In this document: positions 9,580-19,602 of the stretch, one piece after another
How positions within the stretch are numbered: the first letter of the stretch is position 1
How the letters are laid out: every line of letters starts with the position of its first letter
Position numbers and translations under genes: made by a program
NCBI GenBank assembly: GCA_963761705.1
Contig: CAVXHK010000004.1
Location: 80,632-144,631 of the forward strand
Length of the DNA: 64,000 bases
Direction: 5' to 3'
DNA from: an uncultured Verrucomicrobiae bacterium
GTDB taxonomy: Bacteria; Verrucomicrobiota; Verrucomicrobiia; Chthoniobacterales; JAATET01
Notes under the pieces: model-generated
What the model was told of the DNA's origin: nothing
Databases searched by the model: none
The model's input: only the letters and a program-made list of their open reading frames with translations

Positions 9580-12500
9580 TCACCAAGTTATGTTCAGCGT
9601 CGTTCGTTCGTTTGACATAGTGGCGAGCGAAACGATCTTGATCCACAGGTGTCCGGCGGGAGCTTTGTAAAACCCCGAGGTCGGCGAAGTGCGGAGCGCG
9701 GTCAGGGAGCTTTTTTCCGTTGCGTCCGATACCGTGCAGCTCGGAAGGGACGCCAGATCGTTGAAGCGCAAGACCGTCTCATCACCCAAGGCGGTATCGC
9801 CGAAGACCAGATGAATTCGATTTCCCGGAGCGGGGTTCGCGTGAGCAATCGTGTAGAAAAAGTCAGCGTCGTTGACGATGACGGGGAAAAGGTGTCCGGG
9901 GAACTGAGTTTGATTGGTAAACACCAGGGGGCTGCCCGGACTGGAGAAGCGTTCACGACGAATGGTCGCAACGGGCGGTGAAAGTCGGGTCGCTGCATTG
10001 TAATATTCCCAGTAAAGCCGGGCAAATTCCTGATTGGAGACAACGACGTTCTGCCAGCTTGGTGGTGCCGGAAATTCGTTACCGGTCGTCAACATCGGAT
10101 GGTTGGTGACCATGCTGGCGAGGGGATGCCCGGTGAGGGAGCCATCCTCGTCGATCAGGATCTTCGCCCAGATGCGGGCTTCCGTGGCACTGCCGGCACC
10201 TTGATAGTTGTTGAAGGCAAAGCGAGGAAATAAGTCGTAGGTCGTTCCGCTGAGGATCCAGTTCATGCTCGGAACAGCTCCTCCCGCAGTGCGCGCGAGA
10301 TTGGCGGGTGCCGCGCCAAAGCCGACCAAGTGGCAATCGCGGAATCGAGCCGGGCCGTCGTAGAGGGCAATGGCGTAACGCGCGGTGGCGGCAGGCCAGA
10401 TGGCGTTACCACTGTCGGCGACGAGTAGACTGTTACGAAGTTCGAGGTAGGCGGCGAAGACAGTGGCTTCGCGGTTATCCACTAGCATGCAGTCGACGAA
10501 CTCGACGTTGTCCCGGCTGTCGCCGAGTCCGGAGTAGAGTGCGATGTCGTTGCCCCACGCGGTGAAGCGCTCGAGGGTCTGGACGGATGTGATGTTCCAG
10601 GAAAGATTCTTGATGAGCTCGAGCGTGTTCACGTCGACGCGGTCGAATATGTCGAGAGCGAGTCGGCAACTGTGAGCAACGTTGTTGCGGAAAGAGCCGA
10701 GAGGTTCCTCGAAGGGCTTTAGTCCGGCAAAGCGGGGATCCGTTGCGGAATGACCGGTTGGGGAAGTCGGAAAGGCAAACCAGTAGGCCGATCCCGCCGT
10801 CCCCGCGACGACGTTGCCGATGAATTCGTTATTGGGATTGGTGATCCAGAAGCTGGACGGTGATCGATTTTGGAACTGGTCGTGGGAATTGTCGGTTGGG
10901 ATGATTTCCTCGCCGACGATGGGGCGGCGGGTGTTCAAAACCAGATTGGATTCAAAACGATTGAATCGCTCGGACCCATCTTCGAGAAAAATTCCATGGC
11001 CGACGTGATCGAACGCGACGTTTCGGGACACGTCGACGGAATTGGTCCCGTGGATCGTGACGGCACGATTGAACGAACGGTGAATGCTGGAATCTCGCAC
11101 GAACTGCCCGAGGCCCTCCTCGGCGAGCATGTGCCAATGGATGGGATAACGACCGACGCGTTGTTTCTGGCCGAGGTGGTCGAACTCCACGTGGGAAAAT
11201 CGACCCACTCCCGGTGCGGTGCACGCTGGACAGTGCACGCCCATGATCGCAACGTGTCCACCGTAGGACGATCCCGGCGATAATGCGGAGGTGATGCGCA
11301 CATTTCGGGTGAGGAGGCCGACTTCAGCGCTGAGGGGGACGGTCCAGGTCGTCGTCTCGCCATTTTTGGTCCGAGAATACGTTTCGGTGACACCGAGATG
11401 CCGGTGCGCGAGGGGAGCCGCGAAAACGACGCGGGTCCGGTTGTTGGGCTCCGCAGAGAGGCTGGAGATCATCCGAGTCTCGGCCTCGTTCCAGGCCCCG
11501 TCGTTGGCGGAGCCGACCGCGCTCGTGGGGGCGATCACGATCTGGTCGCCCACTCCCCACTGAAGCTGGGAACCCTCGACGATGAGGAAATTCTGGCCAG
11601 CCGGGGCGGTCGCCGCCAGCCGGGTCCAACTCGTCTGAGGAGCGCCGTGGAAATCGATGATGCCGCCATCACGAGCGCCGAGAAATTTCGAGCCGAATCC
11701 GAGGATGTTTTCCGTATTGCCGAGATCGCCAGTGAGCTGGAGCGTGAATTCCCCGGAGATGGGCAGGGTTTCCGTCCCGGCGGTGAAGGCCGCATATCCG
11801 CCGTGGACGAGCGCCCAACGGGTCTGGAGGGAACTGGTCGCAGCGGGCATCACATCCAGCGAGCCTTCGATCTGGAGGGTGGCTGCAGCGCAGGCTCCGT
11901 CGAGGGCCGTGGGGACCTGCGGGGGGATGCGAACGTTCTGGCCAGACGTCGGGATGCCGGATGGTGACCAGGAACTGGCCGACTGCCAATCCGCCATGGG
12001 CTCGACTCGCACCAAGTCGACCAAAGCGGAATCCGTTCCCGTGCTCAGGCCACTGAAGCGGACCAGAGCGGGCCCGCTCGTCACTCGGAACGGGGCCGTC
12101 GAGAGTGTTTGCCCCGTCAGGTCAGACTCGAGTTGCTTCTGAAAAACGCGTAGGCCGTCGACCTCGACGGCGATGGATTGCGCGTTGGCCGTCCCGTTTT
12201 GAATTCGCTGGCTGGCCCAGAAGACGAGTCGGTACACGCCGGGGGTGAGTGTGATCGAAGATTCAAAGTAGCCTTCGCGCTGAATGAACGCGGCGTATTC
12301 GCCTGCCGGGAGGTTCGGGTGCCCGTCCGCATAGGCCTGACCTTCTTTCACGATCCCGGAATTGCCGATGAAGGTCCAGCCTGCCCAAGCGGGACGATGG
12401 ACGAAGGTCGCAATGCTGGTGTCCTCGAAGTTTGCGTTCGGGGCGGGCATCATTGCTCCGGCGAAGAGCGCCGTCTTGTTCGGGGTCGGCGGTGAGGTGT

Positions 12501-12591
12501 AAACCGGCTCGGCAAGCGGCGCGGAAAAGAGCTGGAAAGAGACGATTAGGGATGCCGAGAGGGTCATCCACGGGAGGGAGAGTCTGTTCAT
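9580..12591 (-). CDS. Secreted G8-domain / parallel beta-helix protein of the TMEM2/CEMIP/fibrocystin-like family, with an N-terminal beta-sandwich module
   Basis: Signal peptide from ATG at 12591. G8 start (WQSASSWSPSGIP), SWTRLAATA, AEVGLLTRNV, GRYPIHWH, SIHRSFNRAVTIHGT, GHGIFLEDGSE and FWITNPNN. Confidence 0.85.
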   Translation of the reverse strand: MNRLSLPWMTLSASLIVSFQLFSAPLAEPVYTSPPTPNKTALFAGAMMPAPNANFEDTSIATFVHRPAWAGWTFIGNSGIVKEGQAYADGHPNLPAGEYAAFIQREGYFESSITLTPGVYRLVFWASQRIQNGTANAQSIAVEVDGLRVFQKQLESDLTGQTLSTAPFRVTSGPALVRFSGLSTGTDSALVDLVRVEPMADWQSASSWSPSGIPTSGQNVRIPPQVPTALDGACAAATLQIEGSLDVMPAATSSLQTRWALVHGGYAAFTAGTETLPISGEFTLQLTGDLGNTENILGFGSKFLGARDGGIIDFHGAPQTSWTRLAATAPAGQNFLIVEGSQLQWGVGDQIVIAPTSAVGSANDGAWNEAETRMISSLSAEPNNRTRVVFAAPLAHRHLGVTETYSRTKNGETTTWTVPLSAEVGLLTRNVRITSALSPGSSYGGHVAIMGVHCPACTAPGVGRFSHVEFDHLGQKQRVGRYPIHWHMLAEEGLGQFVRDSSIHRSFNRAVTIHGTNSVDVSRNVAFDHVGHGIFLEDGSERFNRFESNLVLNTRRPIVGEEIIPTDNSHDQFQNRSPSSFWITNPNNEFIGNVVAGTAGSAYWFAFPTSPTGHSATDPRFAGLKPFEEPLGSFRNNVAHSCRLALDIFDRVDVNTLELIKNLSWNITSVQTLERFTAWGNDIALYSGLGDSRDNVEFVDCMLVDNREATVFAAYLELRNSLLVADSGNAIWPAATARYAIALYDGPARFRDCHLVGFGAAPANLARTAGGAVPSMNWILSGTTYDLFPRFAFNNYQGAGSATEARIWAKILIDEDGSLTGHPLASMVTNHPMLTTGNEFPAPPSWQNVVVSNQEFARLYWEYYNAATRLSPPVATIRRERFSSPGSPLVFTNQTQFPGHLFPVIVNDADFFYTIAHANPAPGNRIHLVFGDTALGDETVLRFNDLASLPSCTVSDATEKSSLTALRTSPTSGFYKAPAGHLWIKIVSLATMSNERTTLNITW

Positions 12592-12661
12592 AATGGGGGG
12601 AGAAAGCGCCAAGTTGGATGCCTTCGTTCCGGCGAAGCTAATGGCGAATAATGAACCGTCA

Positions 12662-12675
12662 AGGAAAGGTTTCTT
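12662..12675. promoter_or_regulatory. Candidate LacI-type operator AGGAAAGGTTTCTT
   Basis: In the divergent G8/sulfatase intergenic region; matches the recurrent motif. Confidence 0.6.
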
Positions 12676-12775
12676 ATGCGGGAAGCAACCTCGCGGAATT
12701 TCGATCTCGGACAACCGGGGCCGAGGACCTCGGGCGACAATCTTTTTAAGGAGGTTTCGCTGGCTTTCAGCCCAT

Positions 12776-12789
12776 AAGAAAGCTTGCCT
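12776..12789. promoter_or_regulatory. Candidate LacI-type operator AAGAAAGCTTGCCT
   Basis: Second copy in the same divergent intergenic region; shares the CATAAGAAAGC context with the 15014 copy. Confidence 0.5.
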
Positions 12790-12907
12790 ATTCGAAAGAT
12801 GTCAGTTTTCAAGGAAAGACGAGACCTTCCCGCGGGCACCGAAACCTCATGGTCCGGTCAGAATTTTTCGCTCTCCAAAGTTCAACCATCACCTTCCCCC
12901 GATCATT

Positions 12908-14911
12908 ATGAAATTATCAGCCGCTTTTCCGCTTCACTCGACCCTTGCCGCCGTCTTTCTGGGGATGGTCTGCTCATTGCCGGCCCAGGAGTTCAGTGCA
13001 TCCTGGGAGTTCGACGACGGGCTGGTGGTGACCAACGCGACGCCAATCGATGGTGTCGAGGTCTCGGATCTCACGGATTTGGGGCCCACGATCAACGGAG
13101 CGATGGCATTGCGAGACGGTGGCCTGGCTCTGGAGCGGAGCGCGGACCTTGGAGACGGGTCAACGGCGTGGGGAGGTCGTCGGGAGGGAGCGGAGCAGCC
13201 TAATTTTCTGTCGTTCACCGTCAGGAACACCGGGCAGAAGGCGGTGGAGATTCACTCATTGGGAATGACCTTGAAGGGCGGGGCCTTGCTGGCGTTCCAG
13301 CTTCTGGATGCCGATGGTCGAGAGTTGACGGCGATGACTGGGGTGCCCGGGAGCGGAGCTGAGTTGGTGGTATCTGCCGATGAGCTGACGACGATCGCTC
13401 CGGGTGAATCTGCGGACTTTTTGATCGATTTCAATTCGAGTGCGACAACGAGTCGGCACAGCATTGATGCCATCCGGATTTATGGATTCGTGGGTAGCGG
13501 GGTCGAGCCCGTCAGTGACAAGCCGAACGTGATTGTCATCTTCACCGACGATCAGGGATACGCGGATCTGGGTGCGCAGGGCATCCTGGACGACATCAAG
13601 ACGCCGAACCTTGACCGGCTTGCCGCGCGGGGCGTGCGGTTCACCAACGGCTACATCACCGCGCCTCAATGCAGTCCGTCACGCGCAGGACTGCTGACGG
13701 GCCGATACCAGCAGAGGTTTGGCTTCGACTCGATCTCTGATGGGCCGCTCCCTACGGAGGAAGTGACGATTGCCGAGCGACTTCGGGACGCTGGCTACGC
13801 GACGGGTATGGTGGGGAAGTGGCATCTGGAGGCGAATCCGGCGACGGTGAGGTGGATGCAGAAGCGTCTGCCGGGTGCGAAAATGGAGGCGAACGGAATG
13901 ATCGGAGTTCCGCTCGCGGTGCAGAAGGAGGGCTTCCCGGTGCACCACGGGTTCGACCAATTTTACAAGGGAGAGATGGCCAGATATTGGGCGAACTACG
14001 GGATTGATGGAGAGAAACGCAATCGCCGGGGAGAGTGGGTCAACCATACGGAATTCCGGATCGATACGCAGACGTCGGCGGCGACGGCGTTCATCGATCA
14101 GAATCGGGATCAGTCCTTTTTCCTCTACGTGGCCTACTTCGCGCCGCACGTCCCGCTCGAGGCAACGCAGAAATATCTGGATCGATTTCCAGGCGAAATG
14201 CCCGAGCGTCGACGCTACGCTCTGGCAATGATCTCGGCGGTGGATGATGGCGTGGGTGCGATCATGGACCGGCTCGAGGAGAATGGCTTGAGCGACAAAA
14301 CGTTGATCGTGTTTATGAGCGACAACGGAGCACCATTGAAAATCGACAAGGAAGACCTGCCGATTTCGTTCCCGGGTGGAGCGTGGGATGGGTCGCTGAA
14401 CGATCCGCTCACTGGTGAGAAGGGCATGCTGGCGGAGGGGGGAATTCGCGTGCCGTTCCTCATGTCGTGGCCGGGGACGATCCCGGAAGGTGAGGTTTTC
14501 GACGATCCGGTTTCGTCGCTCGACGTGGCGGCCACGGCGAACGCGATGGCCGGGTTGACGGCCGATCCGGTCTTTGACGGAGTCGATCTCATTCCATTTT
14601 TGGCGGGAAATGTGACTGGTCCGCCGCACGAGGACTTGTATTGGAAGTTTTGGAATCAGGCGGCGATCCGGTCCGGCGATTGGAAATATCTTCAGGCGGG
14701 GGGAGGGATTCGGATGCTCTTTAATCTCGCGGACGATCCGGAAGAACGAGTGAACGTCATCGAAGACCACGCGGACGTCGCGGGAGAATTGGAGGCGTCG
14801 TTGACGGCCTGGGCATCCGAAGTGCGTCCGACGGGATTGCCGAAGGGTGGGCTGAACGATCAGGAGCAAGGTTGGTATCGGCACTATTTTGGCGAACCAA
14901 CTGAGCCGTGA
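12908..14911 (+). CDS. Secreted Cys-type sulfatase with an extra ~170-aa N-terminal domain
   Basis: Signal peptide from ATG at 12908. Catalytic domain from KPNVIVIFTDDQG, with QCSPSRAGLLTG, VGKWHL and MSDNG. Confidence 0.93.
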   Translation: MKLSAAFPLHSTLAAVFLGMVCSLPAQEFSASWEFDDGLVVTNATPIDGVEVSDLTDLGPTINGAMALRDGGLALERSADLGDGSTAWGGRREGAEQPNFLSFTVRNTGQKAVEIHSLGMTLKGGALLAFQLLDADGRELTAMTGVPGSGAELVVSADELTTIAPGESADFLIDFNSSATTSRHSIDAIRIYGFVGSGVEPVSDKPNVIVIFTDDQGYADLGAQGILDDIKTPNLDRLAARGVRFTNGYITAPQCSPSRAGLLTGRYQQRFGFDSISDGPLPTEEVTIAERLRDAGYATGMVGKWHLEANPATVRWMQKRLPGAKMEANGMIGVPLAVQKEGFPVHHGFDQFYKGEMARYWANYGIDGEKRNRRGEWVNHTEFRIDTQTSAATAFIDQNRDQSFFLYVAYFAPHVPLEATQKYLDRFPGEMPERRRYALAMISAVDDGVGAIMDRLEENGLSDKTLIVFMSDNGAPLKIDKEDLPISFPGGAWDGSLNDPLTGEKGMLAEGGIRVPFLMSWPGTIPEGEVFDDPVSSLDVAATANAMAGLTADPVFDGVDLIPFLAGNVTGPPHEDLYWKFWNQAAIRSGDWKYLQAGGGIRMLFNLADDPEERVNVIEDHADVAGELEASLTAWASEVRPTGLPKGGLNDQEQGWYRHYFGEPTEP

Positions 14912-15013
14912 CGGGGCCGCTTGCGGGTGACCGCAACTTGGCCTGGTGGCGGGTAGCGATCGCCGATGAATCCGGATTTTTTGCAAAAGATAGCGGCTTT
15001 CAGAGCTTGCCAT

Positions 15014-15027
15014 AAGAAAGCATTCCT
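15014..15027. promoter_or_regulatory. Candidate LacI-type operator AAGAAAGCATTCCT
   Basis: 14 bp upstream of the isomerase start, followed by an AGGAAAGG half-site. Confidence 0.6.
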
Positions 15028-15041
15028 TTAGGAAAGGTCGG

Positions 15042-16481
15042 GTGTCCTCCTTTTCCTCGTTTCCGCTGCGTGTTGGTCTGTTTGGCATTGGCCTCGATGC
15101 CTATTGGCCGCAATTCGAGGGGCTGAAGGAGCGATTGGAGGGGTATCTGGGCGTGACGGCGGGGATGCTGGAGCGTGAAAGAGTGGAGATTGTGAATGTT
15201 GGACTGGTGGATAATCCGGTTCGGGCGGTGGAGGCAGGGCACGAGCTGCGGCGGGCGGACGTCGACATCATTTTTCTGCACGTGACGACTTACGCGTTGT
15301 CGTCGACTGTGCTGCCGGTGGTGCGACGGGCGAAGGTGCCGGTGATCGTGCTAAATCTCCAGCCGGCGGCGGCGATCGATTACGCGAAGTTCAACGCGAT
15401 GGGAGACCGGACGAAGATGACCGGGGACTGGTTGGCACATTGCGCGGCGTGCCCGGTGCCGGAGATCGCGAACGTTTTCCGGCGGGCGGGAATCGAGTTC
15501 TTTCAGGTGACGGGGACGTTGGAGGACGACCCGGTCTGCGCGCGGGAGATTGACGAATGGGTCGAAGCGGCGAGGGTCGCGAACGTGATGGAGCACAATC
15601 GGCTGGGGCTGATGGGGCACTACTACAACGGGATGCTGGACATTTATTCCGACCTCACGGCCCAGTGTGCGTCTTTCGGCGGGCACATGGAGATCGTGGA
15701 GGTCGAGGAATTGGCGGCGCTGCGGCGGGACGTGACGGCGGGCGAGATCGCGGGGCGGGTGGCGGATTTTCGCGAGAAATTTGAGATCACCGACGGGTGT
15801 TCGGACGAGGAGCTGGAGCGGGCGGCTCGGACTTCGGTGGCGCTCGACCGGATGGTGGCGGAGCACGGTCTGGGATCGCTCGCGTATTACCACATGGGGA
15901 CGGGGAGCGCGGAGAACGAGGACGCGATCAGCTCGATCATTCTCGGGAATTCGTTGCTGACGGCGCGGGGGATCCCGGTTGCGGGAGAATACGAGGTGAA
16001 GAATGTGCAGGCGATGAAGATCATAGATGCCTTCGGGGCGGGCGGGTCGTTCACGGAGTATTACGCGATGGATTTCGCCGACGACGTGGTGCTGATGGGT
16101 CACGACGGGCCGGGGCATCTGGCGATCGCGGAAGGGAAAACGAAGGTGCGCCCGCTGGAGGTTTATCACGGGAAAGTCGGGAGAGGGCTTTCCGTCGAGA
16201 TGTCGGTGAAACATGGGCCGGTGACGTTGCTTTCAGTCGTCGAGGATGGGGCGGGTGGGATCAAGTTGTTGGTGGCGGAGGGGGAGTCGGTGCCGGGGCC
16301 GATCCTGGAGATTGGGAATACGAACAGTCGGTATAAATTTCCGATTGGTGCGCGGGCGTTCGTCGAAAACTGGAACTCGCACGGGCCGGCGCACCATTGC
16401 GCCATTGGCGTCGGGAGCGTATCGGCGAAAATCGAGAAGCTCGGGAAGCTGCTTGGGCTTGAGGTGGCGCAAGTCTGCTGA
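15042..16481 (+). CDS. L-fucose/L-arabinose isomerase-family protein
   Basis: Motifs GLFGIGLDAYWPQF, AGEYE, FTEYY, MGHDGPGH and C-terminal GPAHHCAIG. Confidence 0.85.
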   Translation: MSSFSSFPLRVGLFGIGLDAYWPQFEGLKERLEGYLGVTAGMLERERVEIVNVGLVDNPVRAVEAGHELRRADVDIIFLHVTTYALSSTVLPVVRRAKVPVIVLNLQPAAAIDYAKFNAMGDRTKMTGDWLAHCAACPVPEIANVFRRAGIEFFQVTGTLEDDPVCAREIDEWVEAARVANVMEHNRLGLMGHYYNGMLDIYSDLTAQCASFGGHMEIVEVEELAALRRDVTAGEIAGRVADFREKFEITDGCSDEELERAARTSVALDRMVAEHGLGSLAYYHMGTGSAENEDAISSIILGNSLLTARGIPVAGEYEVKNVQAMKIIDAFGAGGSFTEYYAMDFADDVVLMGHDGPGHLAIAEGKTKVRPLEVYHGKVGRGLSVEMSVKHGPVTLLSVVEDGAGGIKLLVAEGESVPGPILEIGNTNSRYKFPIGARAFVENWNSHGPAHHCAIGVGSVSAKIEKLGKLLGLEVAQVC

Positions 16482-16491
16482 TTTATTTTTT

Positions 16492-19400
16492 ATGAGCGAA
16501 TTCGAAAGTCTGTGGCTAAGCCCAACGGCGGCTTTCCGCGGGAAGCCGCTTTGGGTCTGGAACAGCAAGCTTGATCTGGACGAGCTGATCCGGCAGATGC
16601 ACATCCTCAAGAACATGGGGATGGGCGGATTCTTCATGCACTCGCGGACCGGACTCGAAACCGAGTATCTTGGCGATGAGTGGTTTGAGCTGATCAACGC
16701 TTGCGCGGACGAGGCGGAGCGGATCGGGATGGAGGCGTGGCTCTACGACGAGGATCGGTGGCCGAGCGGATCGGCGGGCGGGATCGCGACGAGGGATCCA
16801 CAATACCGGATGCGCTACCTGCGGATGGAGCGGGTTCCGTCGGAGGAGTTTGTTTGGTCGGAGGATTACGTGGCGGCGTTTCTGTGTGATATCGCGACCT
16901 TCCATGGCGAGGGATTTCAGTTCAGTGAAGGAAGGCGAATCGGGCGGGCGGAGGCGGATCTTCCGCCGGGTCACGTGGCGCTGACGTTTCACGTGGAGCT
17001 GATGGATGAGGATGGGATCTACAACGACGCGTCATACCTCGACACGATGAATCCAGCGGCGACGGCGGAGTTTCTGCGCGTGACGCACGAGCGTTACAAG
17101 GCGAAGTGCGGCGACCGGTTGGGACGCTCGATCAAGGGGATCTTCACGGACGAGCCGCACCGCGGGATGGTGATGAGTAGCTTTGCGGACCATCACCATT
17201 CCTCCTGGGTTATTCCGTGGACGGGTGAGCTCGCTGCTGAATTTGAGCGAGCGTTCGGCTATGACATCGTCGAACGGCTTCCCGAGATCTTTCTCCAACC
17301 CTACGGACAGCCGCTCTCGCAGGTGAAGTGGCACTACATGGAGCTGATCCAGCGGCTGTTCCTAGAGAATTTCATGCGGCCGATGCACACGTGGTGCCGC
17401 GCGAACAATCTGACGCTGACCGGTCACGTGCTGCACGAGGATAGTCTCGTCTGTCAGGCGGTGCCGAACGGATCGGTGATTCGGAACTACGAACATATGG
17501 ACGTTCCCGGGGTGGACGTGCTCATGGAGGGGAATCAGAAATACTGGCTTGCGAAGCAGTGCCAGTCGGCGGCGAGGCAGCTCGGGAAACCGTGGGTGCT
17601 GTCGGAGCTTTACGGCTGCACGGGCTGGCAGTTCACGTTCCAAGGGCACAAGGAGGTTGGCGATTGGCAGGCGCTCTTCGGGGTCAACGTGCGGAGTCAC
17701 CACCTCTCTTGGTATACGATGGCGGGGGAGTCGAAACGGGACTACCCGGCGAGCATCCTGCACCAGTCGGCGTGGTGGCCGCACTACGCGTTCGTGGAGG
17801 ATTATTTCAGCCGGATCGGCGTGTTTCTTCAGCGGGGCACGCCGGTGTGCGAGCTGCTGGTGGTGAGTCCGGTCGAGTCGGTGTGGGCGCAGATCCGGCA
17901 CGGATGGGTGAATCATCTCGTCGCTGCGATCGAGCCGGTCCAAGAATTAGAGCGGGCCTACGCCGATGTGTTTCATTGGCTAGCGGGAACGCAGATGGAC
18001 TTCGACTACGGCGACGAGGATTTTCTGGCGCGAATGGGACGGGTCGAGAACGCCGACGGAGCGCCGGTCTTGGTGCTGGGAGAGATGCAATATCGGACGG
18101 TTCTGGTCGCGGGCGTGCAGACGTTGCGCGCGACCACGCTGGATTTGCTGGAGGAGTTCGTGGCGGCGGGAGGTAGCGTCGTCGTGTCGGGCGACGCGCC
18201 GACCTACGTGGACGCGCTTCCGTCGGAGCGCGGGCGGGAGTTCTACGAGCGCCAGGGGCCAATTCCGTTCTACCAGAGTTCACTGACGCGGGCGTGCCGG
18301 GCGAAGGTCGCGATCTTCGCCGAGGCGTTGGACACGGAGTTCGGGTACCGGGTACCGACGATCTACGCGCACGCCCGCGACTCCGACGAGGGGCGGCTGG
18401 TGATGCTGCTGCGAGTAGAGCGGGTGGGGTGGAAACGAAACGTGCTCGTTCGGCTGAAGGGCGCGGGAGGCGTGGAGGAGTGGAATGCGCGCACGGGCGA
18501 GCGGCGGGCGATCGCGGCGGAGCAGGTGGGGGAATGGCTGGAATTTCGCGCGGATTTCGGGCCGTCGGGCGAGCATTTGTATCGGATCGTCGAGACGGCG
18601 GCCGAGTCGACCGCAGGATCCCGGATTGCGGGTGAGGTCGTCTCGACCCCGGGACCTTTCCGTTACCGGCTCAATGAACCCAACGTGAGTGTGCTCGACC
18701 GGGCGTCCTGGCGACTGGATGGCGGAGACTGGCGAGTGGCGACCGAGATTCTCAAGGTTGATCGCGCGATCCGCTCGGCGCTCGGCGCTCGGCTGCGCGG
18801 ATGGCGGATGCCGCAACCTTGGTACAGCCAGAACGACGAGCGACCGGTGTTGGCTCGGGTCGGGCTGAGGTTCGAATTCTCAGTCGAAGTGCTGCCCGAG
18901 GGTGAGGTGGCGGTGGCGCTGGAGTCGCCGGGGCAATACGCGGGGATTCGAGTGAACCATACGGAGCTGGACGCGACAGCGACGGATGGCTGGTGGATTG
19001 ACCGCTGTTTCGAGCGGTTGCCGATCCCGGCGGAAGCGTTGCGGGAGGGCTTAAATGTGATCGAACTGGGAGTCGACTTCAACGCTGGTACCGACCTGGA
19101 GGCGCTGTATTTGCTGGGCGACTTTGGGGTGCGGCTGGATGGGTGCGTGCAGACGCTCGTCGCGCTGCCCGGGACGCTTGACGTCGGGTGCGTGACGACG
19201 CAGGGACTACCGTTCTACGGGGGAAAAATGACTTACGAGCTGCCAGAGGAGGCGGTTGCCGGGGCGGGGAGTGTGCGGCTGCCGGGATTGGAGGCGGCTT
19301 GCGTGGTCGTCAAGAGTGATGGAGGGGAGGCGAAGTTGATCGCGTTTGCTCCGCACGAGGCGGACGTGACGGAAGTTCTAAGTGGGGGCGGGGGGTTGGA

Positions 19401-19572
19401 GCTTGAGGTGGTGCTGACGCGGCGGAACACCTTCGGGCCTCTGCACCAGGTGCCGCGCCGGACGCCGTTTTACGGCCCTGAAAATTGGATCACGGAGGGT
19501 GCGGCTTTTTCCGAGGCGTGGGTGCTTTGGCCGGCGGGATTGTTGGCCGCGCCGGAGTTCGTGCGTGCTTAA
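16492..19572 (+). CDS. GH106-like (alpha-L-rhamnosidase-related) glycoside hydrolase
   Basis: ATG at 16492. Motifs PLWVWN, GMGGFFMHSRTGL, WLYDEDRWPSG, IFTDEP, LTGH, VPGVD, LSELYG and KRDYP. Confidence 0.85.
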   Translation: MSEFESLWLSPTAAFRGKPLWVWNSKLDLDELIRQMHILKNMGMGGFFMHSRTGLETEYLGDEWFELINACADEAERIGMEAWLYDEDRWPSGSAGGIATRDPQYRMRYLRMERVPSEEFVWSEDYVAAFLCDIATFHGEGFQFSEGRRIGRAEADLPPGHVALTFHVELMDEDGIYNDASYLDTMNPAATAEFLRVTHERYKAKCGDRLGRSIKGIFTDEPHRGMVMSSFADHHHSSWVIPWTGELAAEFERAFGYDIVERLPEIFLQPYGQPLSQVKWHYMELIQRLFLENFMRPMHTWCRANNLTLTGHVLHEDSLVCQAVPNGSVIRNYEHMDVPGVDVLMEGNQKYWLAKQCQSAARQLGKPWVLSELYGCTGWQFTFQGHKEVGDWQALFGVNVRSHHLSWYTMAGESKRDYPASILHQSAWWPHYAFVEDYFSRIGVFLQRGTPVCELLVVSPVESVWAQIRHGWVNHLVAAIEPVQELERAYADVFHWLAGTQMDFDYGDEDFLARMGRVENADGAPVLVLGEMQYRTVLVAGVQTLRATTLDLLEEFVAAGGSVVVSGDAPTYVDALPSERGREFYERQGPIPFYQSSLTRACRAKVAIFAEALDTEFGYRVPTIYAHARDSDEGRLVMLLRVERVGWKRNVLVRLKGAGGVEEWNARTGERRAIAAEQVGEWLEFRADFGPSGEHLYRIVETAAESTAGSRIAGEVVSTPGPFRYRLNEPNVSVLDRASWRLDGGDWRVATEILKVDRAIRSALGARLRGWRMPQPWYSQNDERPVLARVGLRFEFSVEVLPEGEVAVALESPGQYAGIRVNHTELDATATDGWWIDRCFERLPIPAEALREGLNVIELGVDFNAGTDLEALYLLGDFGVRLDGCVQTLVALPGTLDVGCVTTQGLPFYGGKMTYELPEEAVAGAGSVRLPGLEAACVVVKSDGGEAKLIAFAPHEADVTEVLSGGGGLELEVVLTRRNTFGPLHQVPRRTPFYGPENWITEGAAFSEAWVLWPAGLLAAPEFVRA

Positions 19573-19585
19573 AGAAAGGTTTCCT
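19572..19585. promoter_or_regulatory. Candidate LacI-type operator AAGAAAGGTTTCCT
   Basis: Near-perfect pseudo-palindrome in the ~30-bp gap upstream of the 19603 gene. Confidence 0.6.
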
Positions 19586-19602
19586 TTAGTTTGTCAAACA
19601 TC

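Noticed and set aside
12593..12907. Extended N-termini from the ORF track (also 16246, 36097, 39531, 40423, 49755, 53348, 57796, 59504)
   Set aside because: Downstream ATGs give proper signal peptides or coupling and leave room for intergenic regulatory sites.
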